A stretch of 64,000 bases of DNA from an uncultured Enterobacterales bacterium (GTDB taxonomy: Bacteria > Myxococcota_A > UBA796 > CAJQPC01): positions 51,711-115,710 of the forward strand of contig CAZSZE010000004.1 of NCBI GenBank assembly GCA_964610645.1. The letters are read 5' to 3'. Numbering within the stretch: the stretch's first letter is position 1; each line of letters starts with the position of its first letter. Position numbers and translations under genes: made by a program. Shown piece after piece: positions 44,244-53,115 of this stretch. The notes beneath the pieces are model-generated. The model worked only from the letters and a program-made list of their open reading frames with translations. It did not search any database and had not been told where the DNA came from.

Positions 44244-46394
44244 CTATCCTGCACCGAACACGTGGATGGCATCCAGGAACTGGGTGCCAAACCGGCCGTA
44301 CCGGGAGGCTCCCATGCCATGGAGGGCCATCATTCCCTCCTCGTTGACGGGGCGGCGGGCAGCCATTTCCCGAAGGGTGCGATTGGGGGCGACCACGTAG
44401 CTCGGGACTTCGGCGGCCTTGGCGAGTTGCCGTCGAATGTCCGCCAGGTAGCTGTAGAGGTCTTCGGCGACCTTGGGAAGAGGCGAGACTTCGGCGGAGG
44501 TGCGCCGGGGCGCACCGGAATTTCCGCCCCCCGTGCCTCTTGGAGAGGAGCCAGGCCAGAGCATCTCAAAGGAATCCTCTTGCTGTCGCATGACCCGGTC
44601 CCCCAGCTCGGTCATCTCCACCTCGGCATAGGTCCGTTCCCTCCCGCGCACGCTCCGGGTCACGTGGGTGCGGCGCAGCGCCCCCGCCCGCACCAGCTCC
44701 CCCAGGAGCTCCTCCAGCTGGGCCACGGTCCAATTCGACAGCAGCCCATAGGTGGACAGCCGGTCAAAGCGGAATTGGAGAATGGTGCGGTTCCGGGAGC
44801 CGGAGAGGACCCGCGCCACCAGGGAGGCCGACCAGGCACCGCGCATGCGGGCCACACAGGACAGGGCTTTGCGGACCACCTCCTCCTGTGCATCGTCCAG
44901 TGCGGAGGGCAGGCGGGCACCCCGGGTCCCGGCCCCGCAGGCATCGCAGTTGCCGCAGGCGGCAAAGGGTGGGTTCTCCCCAAAGTGCTCCAGGAGGTAC
45001 CGGCGCCGGCACGGGGCGTGGGCGTAGTCCACCATCCGGTCCAGCTTTTCGTAGTCTCGCTGTCGTCGCTCCCGCAGCCGGGCCTCATCCAACGCCAGGG
45101 GCTCCCCTGGTTTCAGGAGACGAAACCCGCCGGTGCCTGTCGGGCCAGCGGAGGCCGTAGGACGGCGAGCCGTAGGACGGCGAACCGAAAGACGGCGCAG
45201 CCACCCCTCTCGCTCCAAGAGGGTCAAGCAGCTTGAAACGGCCCGTTCGTTGGGTTCGTCGGCCTGCACCCGGCCCGCCAGCTCCCGCACGGAGCAGAAG
45301 AGAGGGTTCTCGCCCGTCTGCAGCGCGTTCCAGGTGCCGTGGACCAGGTCCAGGGGCGGATGGCTCATCCGAATAAAGAACTCCTGGGTGCGGCGGTCGG
45401 ACGTGCGGTAGAGCAGGGTGACCTGGGAGGGGAGGCCATCCCGTCCGGCGCGGCCGATTTCCTGGTAGTAGGCCTCGACGGTGCCAGGCAGGTCCCAGTG
45501 CACCACGGCGCGAATGTCGGGTTTGTCGACCCCCATGCCGAAGGCGTTGGTGGCCACGATGACCGGCGCCTCCCCCCGCATGAAGGCCTCCTGAGTGGCG
45601 GTGCGTTCTTCCGGTGGCAGGCCTGCGTGGTAGGCGTGGGCATTCACCCCCGCCAATCGAAGGGATGCCGTGGCACGCTCGACGTTCTTCCGGGTGGCGG
45701 CGTAGACGATGGCGCACTTGCCCCGCACCCGCTCCGCTGTCGCCCGGGCCTTGTCCTGGGCCCGGGCACACGGCAGGACCTCCAGCGCGAGGTTCTCCCG
45801 GTCGAACCCCAGGATGAAGCGGGCAGCATCCTCCAACCCCAGCTGCTTCACCACGTCGTCCTGCACCGCGGGGGTGGCTGTGGCGGTCAGTGCCACCGTG
45901 GGAATGGCACCCAGAGCGCTGCGGACACGGCCCAGGCGCAGGTAGTCCGGCCGAAAGTCATGTCCCCAGGCGGACAGGCAGTGGGCCTCGTCCACCGCCA
46001 GAAGACGTATGTCACAATGGGAAAGGCGCTCGATGAATGCTGGCTGGAAGCGCTCCGGGGCCACGTACACAAGCTCCCACTCCCCGGCGTCCAGGCCCTG
46101 CAGCCGGGCGTCTCGCTCCTGTTGCGTGAGGCCCGAGTGGATGGCCGTGGCGCGAATACCTGCTTGCTGCAGGGAGTCGACCTGGTCCTTCATGAGGGCG
46201 ATGAGGGGCGAGACCACCAGGGTGGTGCCCCCCCGGAAGAGCGCGGGCAATTGAAAGCAGAGGGACTTCCCGGAGCCCGTGGGCATGACCACCAGGGCGT
46301 CCTTGCCGCCGGCCACGTGGGCGCAGATGGATCGCTGCCCCGGTCGGAACCCCGGGTGGGAAAAGCGATCCTGCAACAGGGTCTTGAGATCCAT
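44244..46394 (-). CDS. recQ: ATP-dependent DNA helicase RecQ (helicase + RQC + HRDC)
   Basis: FRPGQ...I......G.D.LVVMPTGSGKSLCFQLPAL (motifs 0 and I), LLAVDEAHCLS.WGHDFRPDY (DEAH), TATAT, VATNAFGMGVDKPD.R.V.H, YYQE.GRAGRDG, the Zn-binding C.R..LL..FGE......CGNCD.C, and a C-terminal HRDC-like ..LR..R..LA....VP.YVV..N.TL.EMA. Confidence 0.95.
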   Translation of the reverse strand: MDLKTLLQDRFSHPGFRPGQRSICAHVAGGKDALVVMPTGSGKSLCFQLPALFRGGTTLVVSPLIALMKDQVDSLQQAGIRATAIHSGLTQQERDARLQGLDAGEWELVYVAPERFQPAFIERLSHCDIRLLAVDEAHCLSAWGHDFRPDYLRLGRVRSALGAIPTVALTATATPAVQDDVVKQLGLEDAARFILGFDRENLALEVLPCARAQDKARATAERVRGKCAIVYAATRKNVERATASLRLAGVNAHAYHAGLPPEERTATQEAFMRGEAPVIVATNAFGMGVDKPDIRAVVHWDLPGTVEAYYQEIGRAGRDGLPSQVTLLYRTSDRRTQEFFIRMSHPPLDLVHGTWNALQTGENPLFCSVRELAGRVQADEPNERAVSSCLTLLEREGWLRRLSVRRPTARRPTASAGPTGTGGFRLLKPGEPLALDEARLRERRQRDYEKLDRMVDYAHAPCRRRYLLEHFGENPPFAACGNCDACGAGTRGARLPSALDDAQEEVVRKALSCVARMRGAWSASLVARVLSGSRNRTILQFRFDRLSTYGLLSNWTVAQLEELLGELVRAGALRRTHVTRSVRGRERTYAEVEMTELGDRVMRQQEDSFEMLWPGSSPRGTGGGNSGAPRRTSAEVSPLPKVAEDLYSYLADIRRQLAKAAEVPSYVVAPNRTLREMAARRPVNEEGMMALHGMGASRYGRFGTQFLDAIHVFGAG

Positions 46395-46443
46395 GTGGGC
46401 GCCTCGGCTGGCCGGAATTGTGTATCAGGATAGGCCCAAACAT

Positions 46444-47268
46444 ATGCCCGAGATCGGCCAGGAAATGTCCGCCTCTGCTCCGGTCCAGGTGATTCGGCAT
46501 CCAGGGGGGGTGTCGGAGCCGGATCGAGTGGCTGTAGAGGAGCCCCTGGAGATTCGGATCGAGGGCCGAGCGCTTGCGGTCACGATGCGGACCCCGGGCC
46601 ATGATCGTGAGCTGACAGCGGGTTTTTTGTACACGGAGGGCTGCATTGACGGTGCAGATGACCTGGCGGCCGTGGCGCATGTGCGGGATCCGCTGGATCC
46701 CCAGGACAACACGGTGGATGTGCGCCTGGCAGCAGGCGTTCGAATGGATGACGGTCGCTTTGCGTCTGCCCAAAGGGAGTTCTACGCCAGCAGCTCCTGT
46801 GGCATTTGCGGCAAGGCGACCATCGAGCGGGTGATGCTCGGTGCGCCGGCGCTTGAATCGCCGCTGCGGGTCCCCCTGGAGGCGTTGGTGGACCTGCCGG
46901 AGCGCATGCGGGCGGCCCAGAGCACCTTCGAGACGACCGGCGGCCTCCATGCGGCAGCCTTGTTCTCTGTGGCGACGGGGGAGATCCAGGTGCTGCGGGA
47001 GGATGTGGGGCGACACAACGCCGTGGACAAGGTTTTGGGTTGGAGGCTGCTCCAGGATCGGGTGCCCGTGGACGACGTGGTCCTTGTGGTTTCGGGGCGA
47101 GCTGGTTTTGAGATTGTCCAGAAGGCGCTGGTGGCCCGGGTGCCCGTGCTGGCGGCGGTGGGGGCCCCTTCCAGTCTCGCGGTTTCACTGGTCCTGGAGT
47201 CCGGCATGCAGTTGGTGGGATTTCTAGGGGACGGGCGGTGCAACCAATACGCGCCGCTGCCCCGGTGA
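46444..47268 (+). CDS. fdhD: Formate dehydrogenase accessory sulfurtransferase FdhD
   Basis: From ATG 46444: ..EEPLEIRI.G....VTMRTPG.D.EL..GFL.TEG.., ..SSSCGICGK..IE.., ..TGG.HAAALF.., ..EDVGRHNAVDKV.G.., ..L.VSGR..FE.V.KA....P.L.AVGAPSSLAV. Confidence 0.9.
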   Translation: MPEIGQEMSASAPVQVIRHPGGVSEPDRVAVEEPLEIRIEGRALAVTMRTPGHDRELTAGFLYTEGCIDGADDLAAVAHVRDPLDPQDNTVDVRLAAGVRMDDGRFASAQREFYASSSCGICGKATIERVMLGAPALESPLRVPLEALVDLPERMRAAQSTFETTGGLHAAALFSVATGEIQVLREDVGRHNAVDKVLGWRLLQDRVPVDDVVLVVSGRAGFEIVQKALVARVPVLAAVGAPSSLAVSLVLESGMQLVGFLGDGRCNQYAPLPR

Positions 47269-48785
47269 GCCGTCCCAGACACCAGCAGGTCGCCTTGGGC
47301 GTGGGCACCGCCCTTTCCGGCTGCGGAGCGCTGTTCCTGCTGGTTCGCTTTCTGCAGACAGTTTCCGCCCGATTTTCCTATGGCTTCGACCTGGAGTGGA
47401 TGGAGGGGGGGATGTTGGTGCATGCCTGGCGGCTCCGAGAGGGGCTGGGCCTCTATGTGGAGCCAAGCGCGGACTTCATTCCCTACATCTACCCGCCGCT
47501 CTATCCGTGGTTGCTGTCCCTCCTGGGCCCCGCGGACTACGGAACCGGCAGGTTGCTCTCGGCGGTGGCCACCCTGGCGGCCGTCGGGGCCCTGGTGGCC
47601 CTGCTTCGGCGGGATGGCACCCCCTGGCTCTTTGCCCTCGGAGGCGCAGCAGCCTTTCTCTCCTGCTACGACGAGTCGGGTTCGTTTTATGACCTGGTGC
47701 GGGGGGATGCCCTGGCCCTCGGGTTTGCCTCCTGGTTTCTCGTGGCCCTCCGGATGGCTGGCCCCCGATCGGTGGGGGTGGCGGGGCTGCTTTTGGTGGC
47801 GGCCTACCTGTCCAAGCACAACTACGCCTTGTTGGGTTTGCCGGCTCTCTACTGGTTGTGGCGCTTCCATTCCCGCGATCTCGCCCTGCGGTTCTTAGCG
47901 GCCTCCGCGGGAGTGGCCCTCATGATCACCGCCGGCTTGACCCTGGCTTCTGAGGGGCGATTTCTGGTGTACCTGCTCGGCGTGCCGGCTGTGCATCCTT
48001 TCGTGGCAGACCGGGCCTTTCCCGGGGCGGGGATCGAGATGTTGAAGGCGGTGCCGTGGGTGGCTGGTGCGGCATCGGTCGCAGGGGTGGAGCTGTTCTT
48101 CTTCAGGCACGGGAAAGAAAGGGAGCCGGTCCACTTGGAGGCAGTGGCGTTTTGGGTGGGGATGGCAGGTGTGGTCTGGATTCTCTGTGCTGTCATGCGC
48201 GGGCACCACGGTGGATTCATCAATGTGCTGATGCCCGGATTCTGGATGCTGTCTGCCCTCGGGGCCCGGCTCCTGGGTCGCCTCTGGCTGGCGCGGCCTC
48301 ACACGATCCTGGCCCTCGCCATGGGCCTGCTTTTTGCCGTTCAGGCATGGCAAGGGGCATGGGAGGCCAAGCGGTACTCCCCCACGAAGGCCGATGTCGA
48401 GGCAGGGCAGGCGCTCCTGGCCACCATCGCTGGCTACGAGGGAGAGGTCCTGGTCCCACATGCCCCGTGGTACCCGGCCCTGGTGGGAAAGACCCCGAGT
48501 TTTCCCTTGATTGCCTTGTGGGATGTGGAACACCCGGGCGGTCCCTTGTTTCGGTACACCCGCCGCGTCCGAAAGGCCTTTGCAGAGCAGCGCTGGGATG
48601 CGGTGATTGTGACCCGCCCCAAGAAGTCGGGCCGCAACGGCCTGGGCCACGGAATGGCCAAGACCTATGAGAGGGCGCCCTCCAAGGATCTCAAGCTGAA
48701 GGGCCGCGCATTCTGGTCCCGTGCCGGGTGGAGGGTGCGCCCCACTCAGGTCTGGGAGCCTCTCGACGAAAACGAGAGCCGGTAA
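47238..48785 (+). CDS. Polytopic membrane protein, GT-C (ArnT/PMT-like) glycosyltransferase architecture
   Basis: It has about 11 hydrophobic helices, an early ..DFIPYIYPPLYPWLLSLL.. loop/helix and ..LSKHNYALLG.., plus a soluble C-terminal tail. The start is GTG 47238 or the in-frame GTG 47265, which overlaps the fdhD stop (GTGA). Confidence 0.7.
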   Translation: MQPIRAAAPVSRPRHQQVALGVGTALSGCGALFLLVRFLQTVSARFSYGFDLEWMEGGMLVHAWRLREGLGLYVEPSADFIPYIYPPLYPWLLSLLGPADYGTGRLLSAVATLAAVGALVALLRRDGTPWLFALGGAAAFLSCYDESGSFYDLVRGDALALGFASWFLVALRMAGPRSVGVAGLLLVAAYLSKHNYALLGLPALYWLWRFHSRDLALRFLAASAGVALMITAGLTLASEGRFLVYLLGVPAVHPFVADRAFPGAGIEMLKAVPWVAGAASVAGVELFFFRHGKEREPVHLEAVAFWVGMAGVVWILCAVMRGHHGGFINVLMPGFWMLSALGARLLGRLWLARPHTILALAMGLLFAVQAWQGAWEAKRYSPTKADVEAGQALLATIAGYEGEVLVPHAPWYPALVGKTPSFPLIALWDVEHPGGPLFRYTRRVRKAFAEQRWDAVIVTRPKKSGRNGLGHGMAKTYERAPSKDLKLKGRAFWSRAGWRVRPTQVWEPLDENESR

Positions 48786-49498
48786 AGGGCGCCCCTTGCG
48801 CCGATCCACAGGGCTTCATCCGTTGCCGCGATGCACCAGGGTCGGTTGAGGCGGACCGGGACCGGCGTAGGCCAGCCGGTTTCCGCCACAGCCAGGGACT
48901 CTCCGAACAGCGCCCAGAGGCGGTCCCGGGGATCCGTGCACAGCGCCAGGGGTTCTTGGGCCTGGGCGGTCCAGCTGCCGTCCCCCATGCGGTGCAGGGC
49001 GCCGGCTGCTGCAACCCACAGCGCCCCTTGGCTCCAGGCCAGGTGCCGGATGGGCGCTTCGTGCACGCCGTCATTGAATTGCCGGACGGGGCCGCCATCC
49101 ACTTCCACTAGCAGTCCGTCCCGCGTACCGGCGAAGAGTTGGCCTGTGGGTGCGTTCACGAAGCACTGGATGTCGGCGGGACCCTTCCCTCCTTCCAGTT
49201 GCGTGCGCCAGGCTTTGTACAGGCGCTCCTGGTGCACGTGGATTGCCCGGAGATCATCGAATCCTCCGGCTCCGTCCGGGGGCAGTCCCCGGCCGTCCAG
49301 CACACCATCGGTCAGGGTGTAGATGCCCCGTTGGGTCGCCACGTGCAGGACATCGTCCAGGAGCGCCATGGAGAGGACATCCCGTGCCTCTCGGCGAGAC
49401 CCCTCGGGAAATGCCAGCACGGCCGAGGCCTCCTCGCCCAGTCGCACCAGTCCATGGTCGCAACCCAGTACGGCGCCCCCATCTGGGGTGGGGTGCAC
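48746..49498 (-). CDS. Beta-propeller protein with two-component-regulator-propeller (Reg_prop)-like blades; start unresolved
   Basis: Blade-like repeats: AVLGCDHGLVRL, VLHVATQRGIYTL, QLFAGTRDGLLVEV, ALWVAAAGALHRM, ALWIGARGALYRL. The track start (49747) lies inside the upstream lipoprotein gene in another frame. The only in-frame starts after 49572 are GTGs (for example 49498) or the ATG at ..SMALLDD. Confidence 0.45.
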   Translation of the reverse strand: MHPTPDGGAVLGCDHGLVRLGEEASAVLAFPEGSRREARDVLSMALLDDVLHVATQRGIYTLTDGVLDGRGLPPDGAGGFDDLRAIHVHQERLYKAWRTQLEGGKGPADIQCFVNAPTGQLFAGTRDGLLVEVDGGPVRQFNDGVHEAPIRHLAWSQGALWVAAAGALHRMGDGSWTAQAQEPLALCTDPRDRLWALFGESLAVAETGWPTPVPVRLNRPWCIAATDEALWIGARGALYRLSFSSRGSQT

Positions 49499-49571
49499 AC
49501 ATCGAACGATGGCGTGGACCGGCAGGCCCAGGGCTTCGGTGGTCCAGATCCGGATGCCCCGGAAGCGCGGA

Positions 49572-50114
49572 TCAAGGGGTCGCAGTGTCTGTGCCCTGTC
49601 CTGTGTCTGTGCCCTGTCCAGTGTCGGTGCCCTGCCCCGTGTCTGTGCCCTGTCCTGTGTCGGTGCCTTCTTCGCGCACCGTTGCAAACAGCGGCAGCTC
49701 GTAGAGGGTGGATTCGATGTCGTTGCACCGGATGCGCAAGGTGCCATTTGCCTCTGCGCCCTCGCTGGCGTCCTCCTCGAATGCTGCGGTGACGGTCAGG
49801 GTGATACTGCTCCCCGGGGCCACGACCTTTTCACTCCGCCAGTCCTCGGAAAGGTAGAAGACCCCCCCGCCGGAAGCGGTAAGGCGGGACTCGTACAGGT
49901 GGAGATTCAGCTCCCCGATGGAGTTCACCACCAGGTCGAACCCCACCGTTATTCCGGGCTCCAGGTCCTCCCAGATGAGGCTCTGGACCGACAACTCCAT
50001 GATCGCGTCCCCGTCCACGGGATCCACGTCCAGCTCCCGGTTGTTGAAGCCGGAATCGCCACCACATGCCACCAGGCATGCCATCAGCCCGTGGGCCAGG
50101 AGTGCTCTCACCAT
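49572..50114 (-). CDS. Lipoprotein with an Ig-like (ASH / choice-of-anchor-D-like) domain and a (GTDTGQ)n tail
   Basis: ATG 50114 with GGAGG 7 nt upstream. MVRALLAHGLMACLVACGG is a lipobox. The beta-sandwich-like body ends ..GTLRIRCNDIESTLYELPLFATV. The C-terminus is GTDTGQ x4 then GTDTATP. Confidence 0.6.
   Translation of the reverse strand: MVRALLAHGLMACLVACGGDSGFNNRELDVDPVDGDAIMELSVQSLIWEDLEPGITVGFDLVVNSIGELNLHLYESRLTASGGGVFYLSEDWRSEKVVAPGSSITLTVTAAFEEDASEGAEANGTLRIRCNDIESTLYELPLFATVREEGTDTGQGTDTGQGTDTGQGTDTGQGTDTATP
49585..49667. repeat. About 4.6 copies of an 18-bp tandem repeat (GTGTCTGTGCCCTGTCCT and variants)
   Basis: Units at 49585-49602, 49603-49620, 49621-49638 and 49639-49656, plus a partial unit to 49667. 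It encodes (GTDTGQ)n on the minus strand. Confidence 0.9.
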
Positions 50115-50218
50115 CTCAATCCTCCGGAGGCAATGACCATAGCCCCGGATGGCAGGATTCGCACCGCCTCCATGGGGATTGAGGTTCCCCGGAAAACCGG
50201 TATGATCCATGGACCTAC

Positions 50219-52297
50219 ATGAGAACCCGCCTACCCGAGATTGCCCTGGTGGTGGGGATTTCACTGCTCATGGCGCTGTTTCTCCACCGCGACTTGCTCG
50301 CCGGGTGGGGAACTCTCCTGCCTGGAGAGCCGGGCAGCGACATCTACCGGGCCCACTGGTCCGCCTGGCTTGTGGCAGCAGAATTGCCGGGCTGGCCCTT
50401 TCATACGGAGCGGGTGCATTTCCCGGCAGGAGTGGACTTGCTTCCCTTTCCCGCCTTGTCCCTGGTGGGAATCGCGCCGCTCACGGGGCTGTTTGGCCCG
50501 GACATTTCCATTCCAATTCTGGTCGTCTTCTATTCCGCAGCGGCGGTGGTTGCGGGTTGGTGGTTGGTGCGCACTCTGGGGGGTGGCAACGGTGGGGGTC
50601 TCGTGGCCGGGGCTTTGCTTGCAACCCAGCCAATCTTTGGAGGAGCGCTGCGCGATGGCACCCTGGAGGTGTTGTCGGTCGCGTGGCTTCCCGTGGGACT
50701 GGTGGCTGTGATTCGGACCCTGCAGGGATCCTGGCGCTGGGGGGTGGCGGCCGGTGGGCTCGCCATCTGCATTGGCCTTGAGTCTGTGTACTTTGGTTCC
50801 TTTGCCTGCCTGGCATTTCTGTTTGCCGCATGCTGCATTCGAAGCCGAAAGGCGGCGCTGGCGATGGCGGCTGCGGGTGCCACTGCCCTGGTGGGAGCCG
50901 GGGTGCTGGCGGTGGTGTTTGCCCCGGTCCTTGAAAATGCGGGCAGCGTACTGGCCGGTACCGGGGATGACATGGCGGCTGTGCGCAGTGGGAATGCGGC
51001 GGGGCTGGATGTGCTGCTGCAGTTGGCCCTTTCGCCGGGAAGCCGGGGATGGCGGGTCAGTGACCTGTATGGTCCGCCTCTGGCCCACTGGCTGGCGTTT
51101 GGGGTCGGGGCTGTCTACGCCCTTCGCCGGCAGGCCTGGTTGGTGGTGTTGGGGGCAGCGTATCTGCTGCTCTCCATGGACCATCCCCTGGCCCCCATCC
51201 AGTGGTGGGCGGACTCTCCCATGGGTTCCATTGTGCGCTTTCCCCGGCGCTACCTGGCGGCGTTTGCCGTGGTCTTGTCGGCTTGCTCCGGCCTGGCCCT
51301 GACCGGCCTGGCCCACAAGGCCTGGGGACGGCTGGGGGGAAGGCGCAGCGAGTCGGTGGAGGCAGTGGTGGGCGGGGCCCTGGCCCTGTACCTGGGCCTC
51401 TGGGGGGCCCATGCGGGTGGGTGGATGAAGGGCTACCCGACCACGCCCCTGCCGGAAACCCCTGAGTTTGCTGCGTGGATTGCCCAGGACGAGGAGCCCT
51501 GCGCGGCCCTGCTCCTGCCGGTGGAGTTGCCGGGGGAGGAGACCCCAGAGACCGGGGAGCGCCGGCGGCACGAGATGCCGGTTTTCGCGGAGTTTTCTCG
51601 CGCGGTTTCCAGTTCGGACCAGTTGTTCCTGCAAACCCGGACCCAGAAGGCCGGTCGGTACGCGCCGTCTCTGGTCACCCTTGCCAGGACCTCGGGCTCC
51701 GAGGGGCAACTCGCCAAGAACCTGACAGACCTGGCCCGGTCTACCGTGGGAGAGTCGGTGGGCGCCTCGGCCACAGCGCCTTCCGCGGTCTACCTGCAGG
51801 AAATGGACTGGCTGATGGGGGCGGGCCTCAAGTACGTGGTGGTGGATGAAGCCCGCTACGGAACCGAGGAGTTGGCTTTCTTGCGGGATCTCCTGGGACG
51901 TTGGTCGGTGGAGGAGCGGGTCTTTGAAGATGGCACCGGCGTGCGGGTGTTTCGCCTGTACGACACCCGACCCGAGTTCATCGAGGCACCGGACGACCCG
52001 GAAGAGGGAGTTCCGACGGGCTTTGGCGGCAGGGTGTTGAACCACCGGGGCTGGGTGGGCCGCATCGAGGTGGTCCTGGATGTGGGGGAGCGGGAGGTGT
52101 CCTGCCCGGTGGGGCCCGAGGATGGGCTCTTCTTATGTGGAGGGATCCATGACCACTCTGGGGTGTGGGTGCGGGTGGAGGACGTTGATTACACGGTGGA
52201 GAGGCGGGGAACGATGACCGACGCTACGATTCGCATTCTGGAGCCGCGGGGCGCGACGGAAGATCCTGTCCTGCCCCCGGAAGTCGAGGGGGAGTGA
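50219..52297 (+). CDS. Large polytopic membrane protein with soluble C-terminal domain (GT-C-like architecture, family unverified)
   Basis: 692 aa. The N-terminal ~400 aa form many hydrophobic helices (IALVVGISLLMALFL.., ILVVFYSAAAVVAGWWLV.., AWLVVLGAAYLLLS..). The C-terminal ~280 aa are hydrophilic. It is divergent from the lipoprotein gene. Confidence 0.65.
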   Translation: MRTRLPEIALVVGISLLMALFLHRDLLAGWGTLLPGEPGSDIYRAHWSAWLVAAELPGWPFHTERVHFPAGVDLLPFPALSLVGIAPLTGLFGPDISIPILVVFYSAAAVVAGWWLVRTLGGGNGGGLVAGALLATQPIFGGALRDGTLEVLSVAWLPVGLVAVIRTLQGSWRWGVAAGGLAICIGLESVYFGSFACLAFLFAACCIRSRKAALAMAAAGATALVGAGVLAVVFAPVLENAGSVLAGTGDDMAAVRSGNAAGLDVLLQLALSPGSRGWRVSDLYGPPLAHWLAFGVGAVYALRRQAWLVVLGAAYLLLSMDHPLAPIQWWADSPMGSIVRFPRRYLAAFAVVLSACSGLALTGLAHKAWGRLGGRRSESVEAVVGGALALYLGLWGAHAGGWMKGYPTTPLPETPEFAAWIAQDEEPCAALLLPVELPGEETPETGERRRHEMPVFAEFSRAVSSSDQLFLQTRTQKAGRYAPSLVTLARTSGSEGQLAKNLTDLARSTVGESVGASATAPSAVYLQEMDWLMGAGLKYVVVDEARYGTEELAFLRDLLGRWSVEERVFEDGTGVRVFRLYDTRPEFIEAPDDPEEGVPTGFGGRVLNHRGWVGRIEVVLDVGEREVSCPVGPEDGLFLCGGIHDHSGVWVRVEDVDYTVERRGTMTDATIRILEPRGATEDPVLPPEVEGE

Positions 52298-53115
52298 CCC
52301 TGGCAAGAACTCTCGCCATTGCCTGGGAGCTCCTGGGGTCCATCCGGGAGGACGAGCTCACGGGGCGCTCGGCCCAGATTGCGTTCTACATGCTTTTCGC
52401 GATCTTCCCGTCGATGCTGGTGGTCATTTCGGCCTTTGGATTCCTGGATCTAAGCCAGGAGGTGGGACGCCTGGAGGTGATTCTCGACAGCGCTCTGCCG
52501 CCGGAGGTCAGTGGACCTCTGTTACAGGAAGTTCACCGGGTGACCGGCGGAGCCACAGGGGGGCGGCTGCTCCTGGGTTTGGGGCTGGCTCTCTTCCTGG
52601 CGTTTCGGGCGGTGGGGGCGACGCTGCGGGGGGTGCATGCAGCCTGGGGCATGCGGGATCCGCGACACTGGACCCAGGTGAGTCTGCGCATTGTGCTGCT
52701 GACCCTGGCCTGTGTGGGGGGGGTGGTGCTCATGGTGCTGGCCCTTGCAGCAGGCGAGGCGGCTCTGACGTGGTTGACGGTTCACGCGGGGTTGCCGGAG
52801 ACCTGGCGCCTTGTGGTGGCCTGGGCCCGTTGGCCCCTGGTCCTGCTCTTGCTGCACCAGCTGGTCCACTTGCTGTACCGGGCGGCAGCCGAGGCCCGGC
52901 GCGGCCATACCTGGTTTTCTCGGGGCAGCATCGCAGCGACCCTGGGCTGGGTCGCCGTGACCCAGGGCTTCCGGCTCTACCTGGGAGAGGTCGTGGACCT
53001 CGGTGCGACCTATGGCTCCCTCGGCACGGTCATTGGACTGGCCATGTACCTGTACTTCTGCGCACTGGTGGTTCTTTTGGGCGCCAAGTTCGATGCGCTT
53101 TCCACAAAGGGATGA
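52294..53115 (+). CDS. YihY/BrkB family inner-membrane protein
   Basis: The GTG start overlaps the upstream stop (GTGA). ..RSAQIAFYMLFAIFPSMLVVISAFGF.. and six predicted helices are typical of the YihY (formerly RNase BN-like) family. Confidence 0.8.
   Translation: MTLARTLAIAWELLGSIREDELTGRSAQIAFYMLFAIFPSMLVVISAFGFLDLSQEVGRLEVILDSALPPEVSGPLLQEVHRVTGGATGGRLLLGLGLALFLAFRAVGATLRGVHAAWGMRDPRHWTQVSLRIVLLTLACVGGVVLMVLALAAGEAALTWLTVHAGLPETWRLVVAWARWPLVLLLLHQLVHLLYRAAAEARRGHTWFSRGSIAATLGWVAVTQGFRLYLGEVVDLGATYGSLGTVIGLAMYLYFCALVVLLGAKFDALSTKG

Noticed and set aside
42762-45236. 824-aa + strand ORF
   Set aside because: It is antisense to recQ and membrane paralog A, both of which have strong motif support. 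The sequence is Gly/Pro/Arg/His-rich and lacks motifs.
49585-49667. Possible CRISPR-like array (short direct repeats); also considered for 34589-34633 and 11771-11896
   Set aside because: The repeats are contiguous with no spacers. Two of the three lie in frame within coding sequence, and no cas genes are present.
50261-52045. 594-aa minus ORF
   Set aside because: It is antisense to the 692-aa membrane protein. It is His/Pro/Gln/Arg-rich and shows no hydrophobic periodicity.
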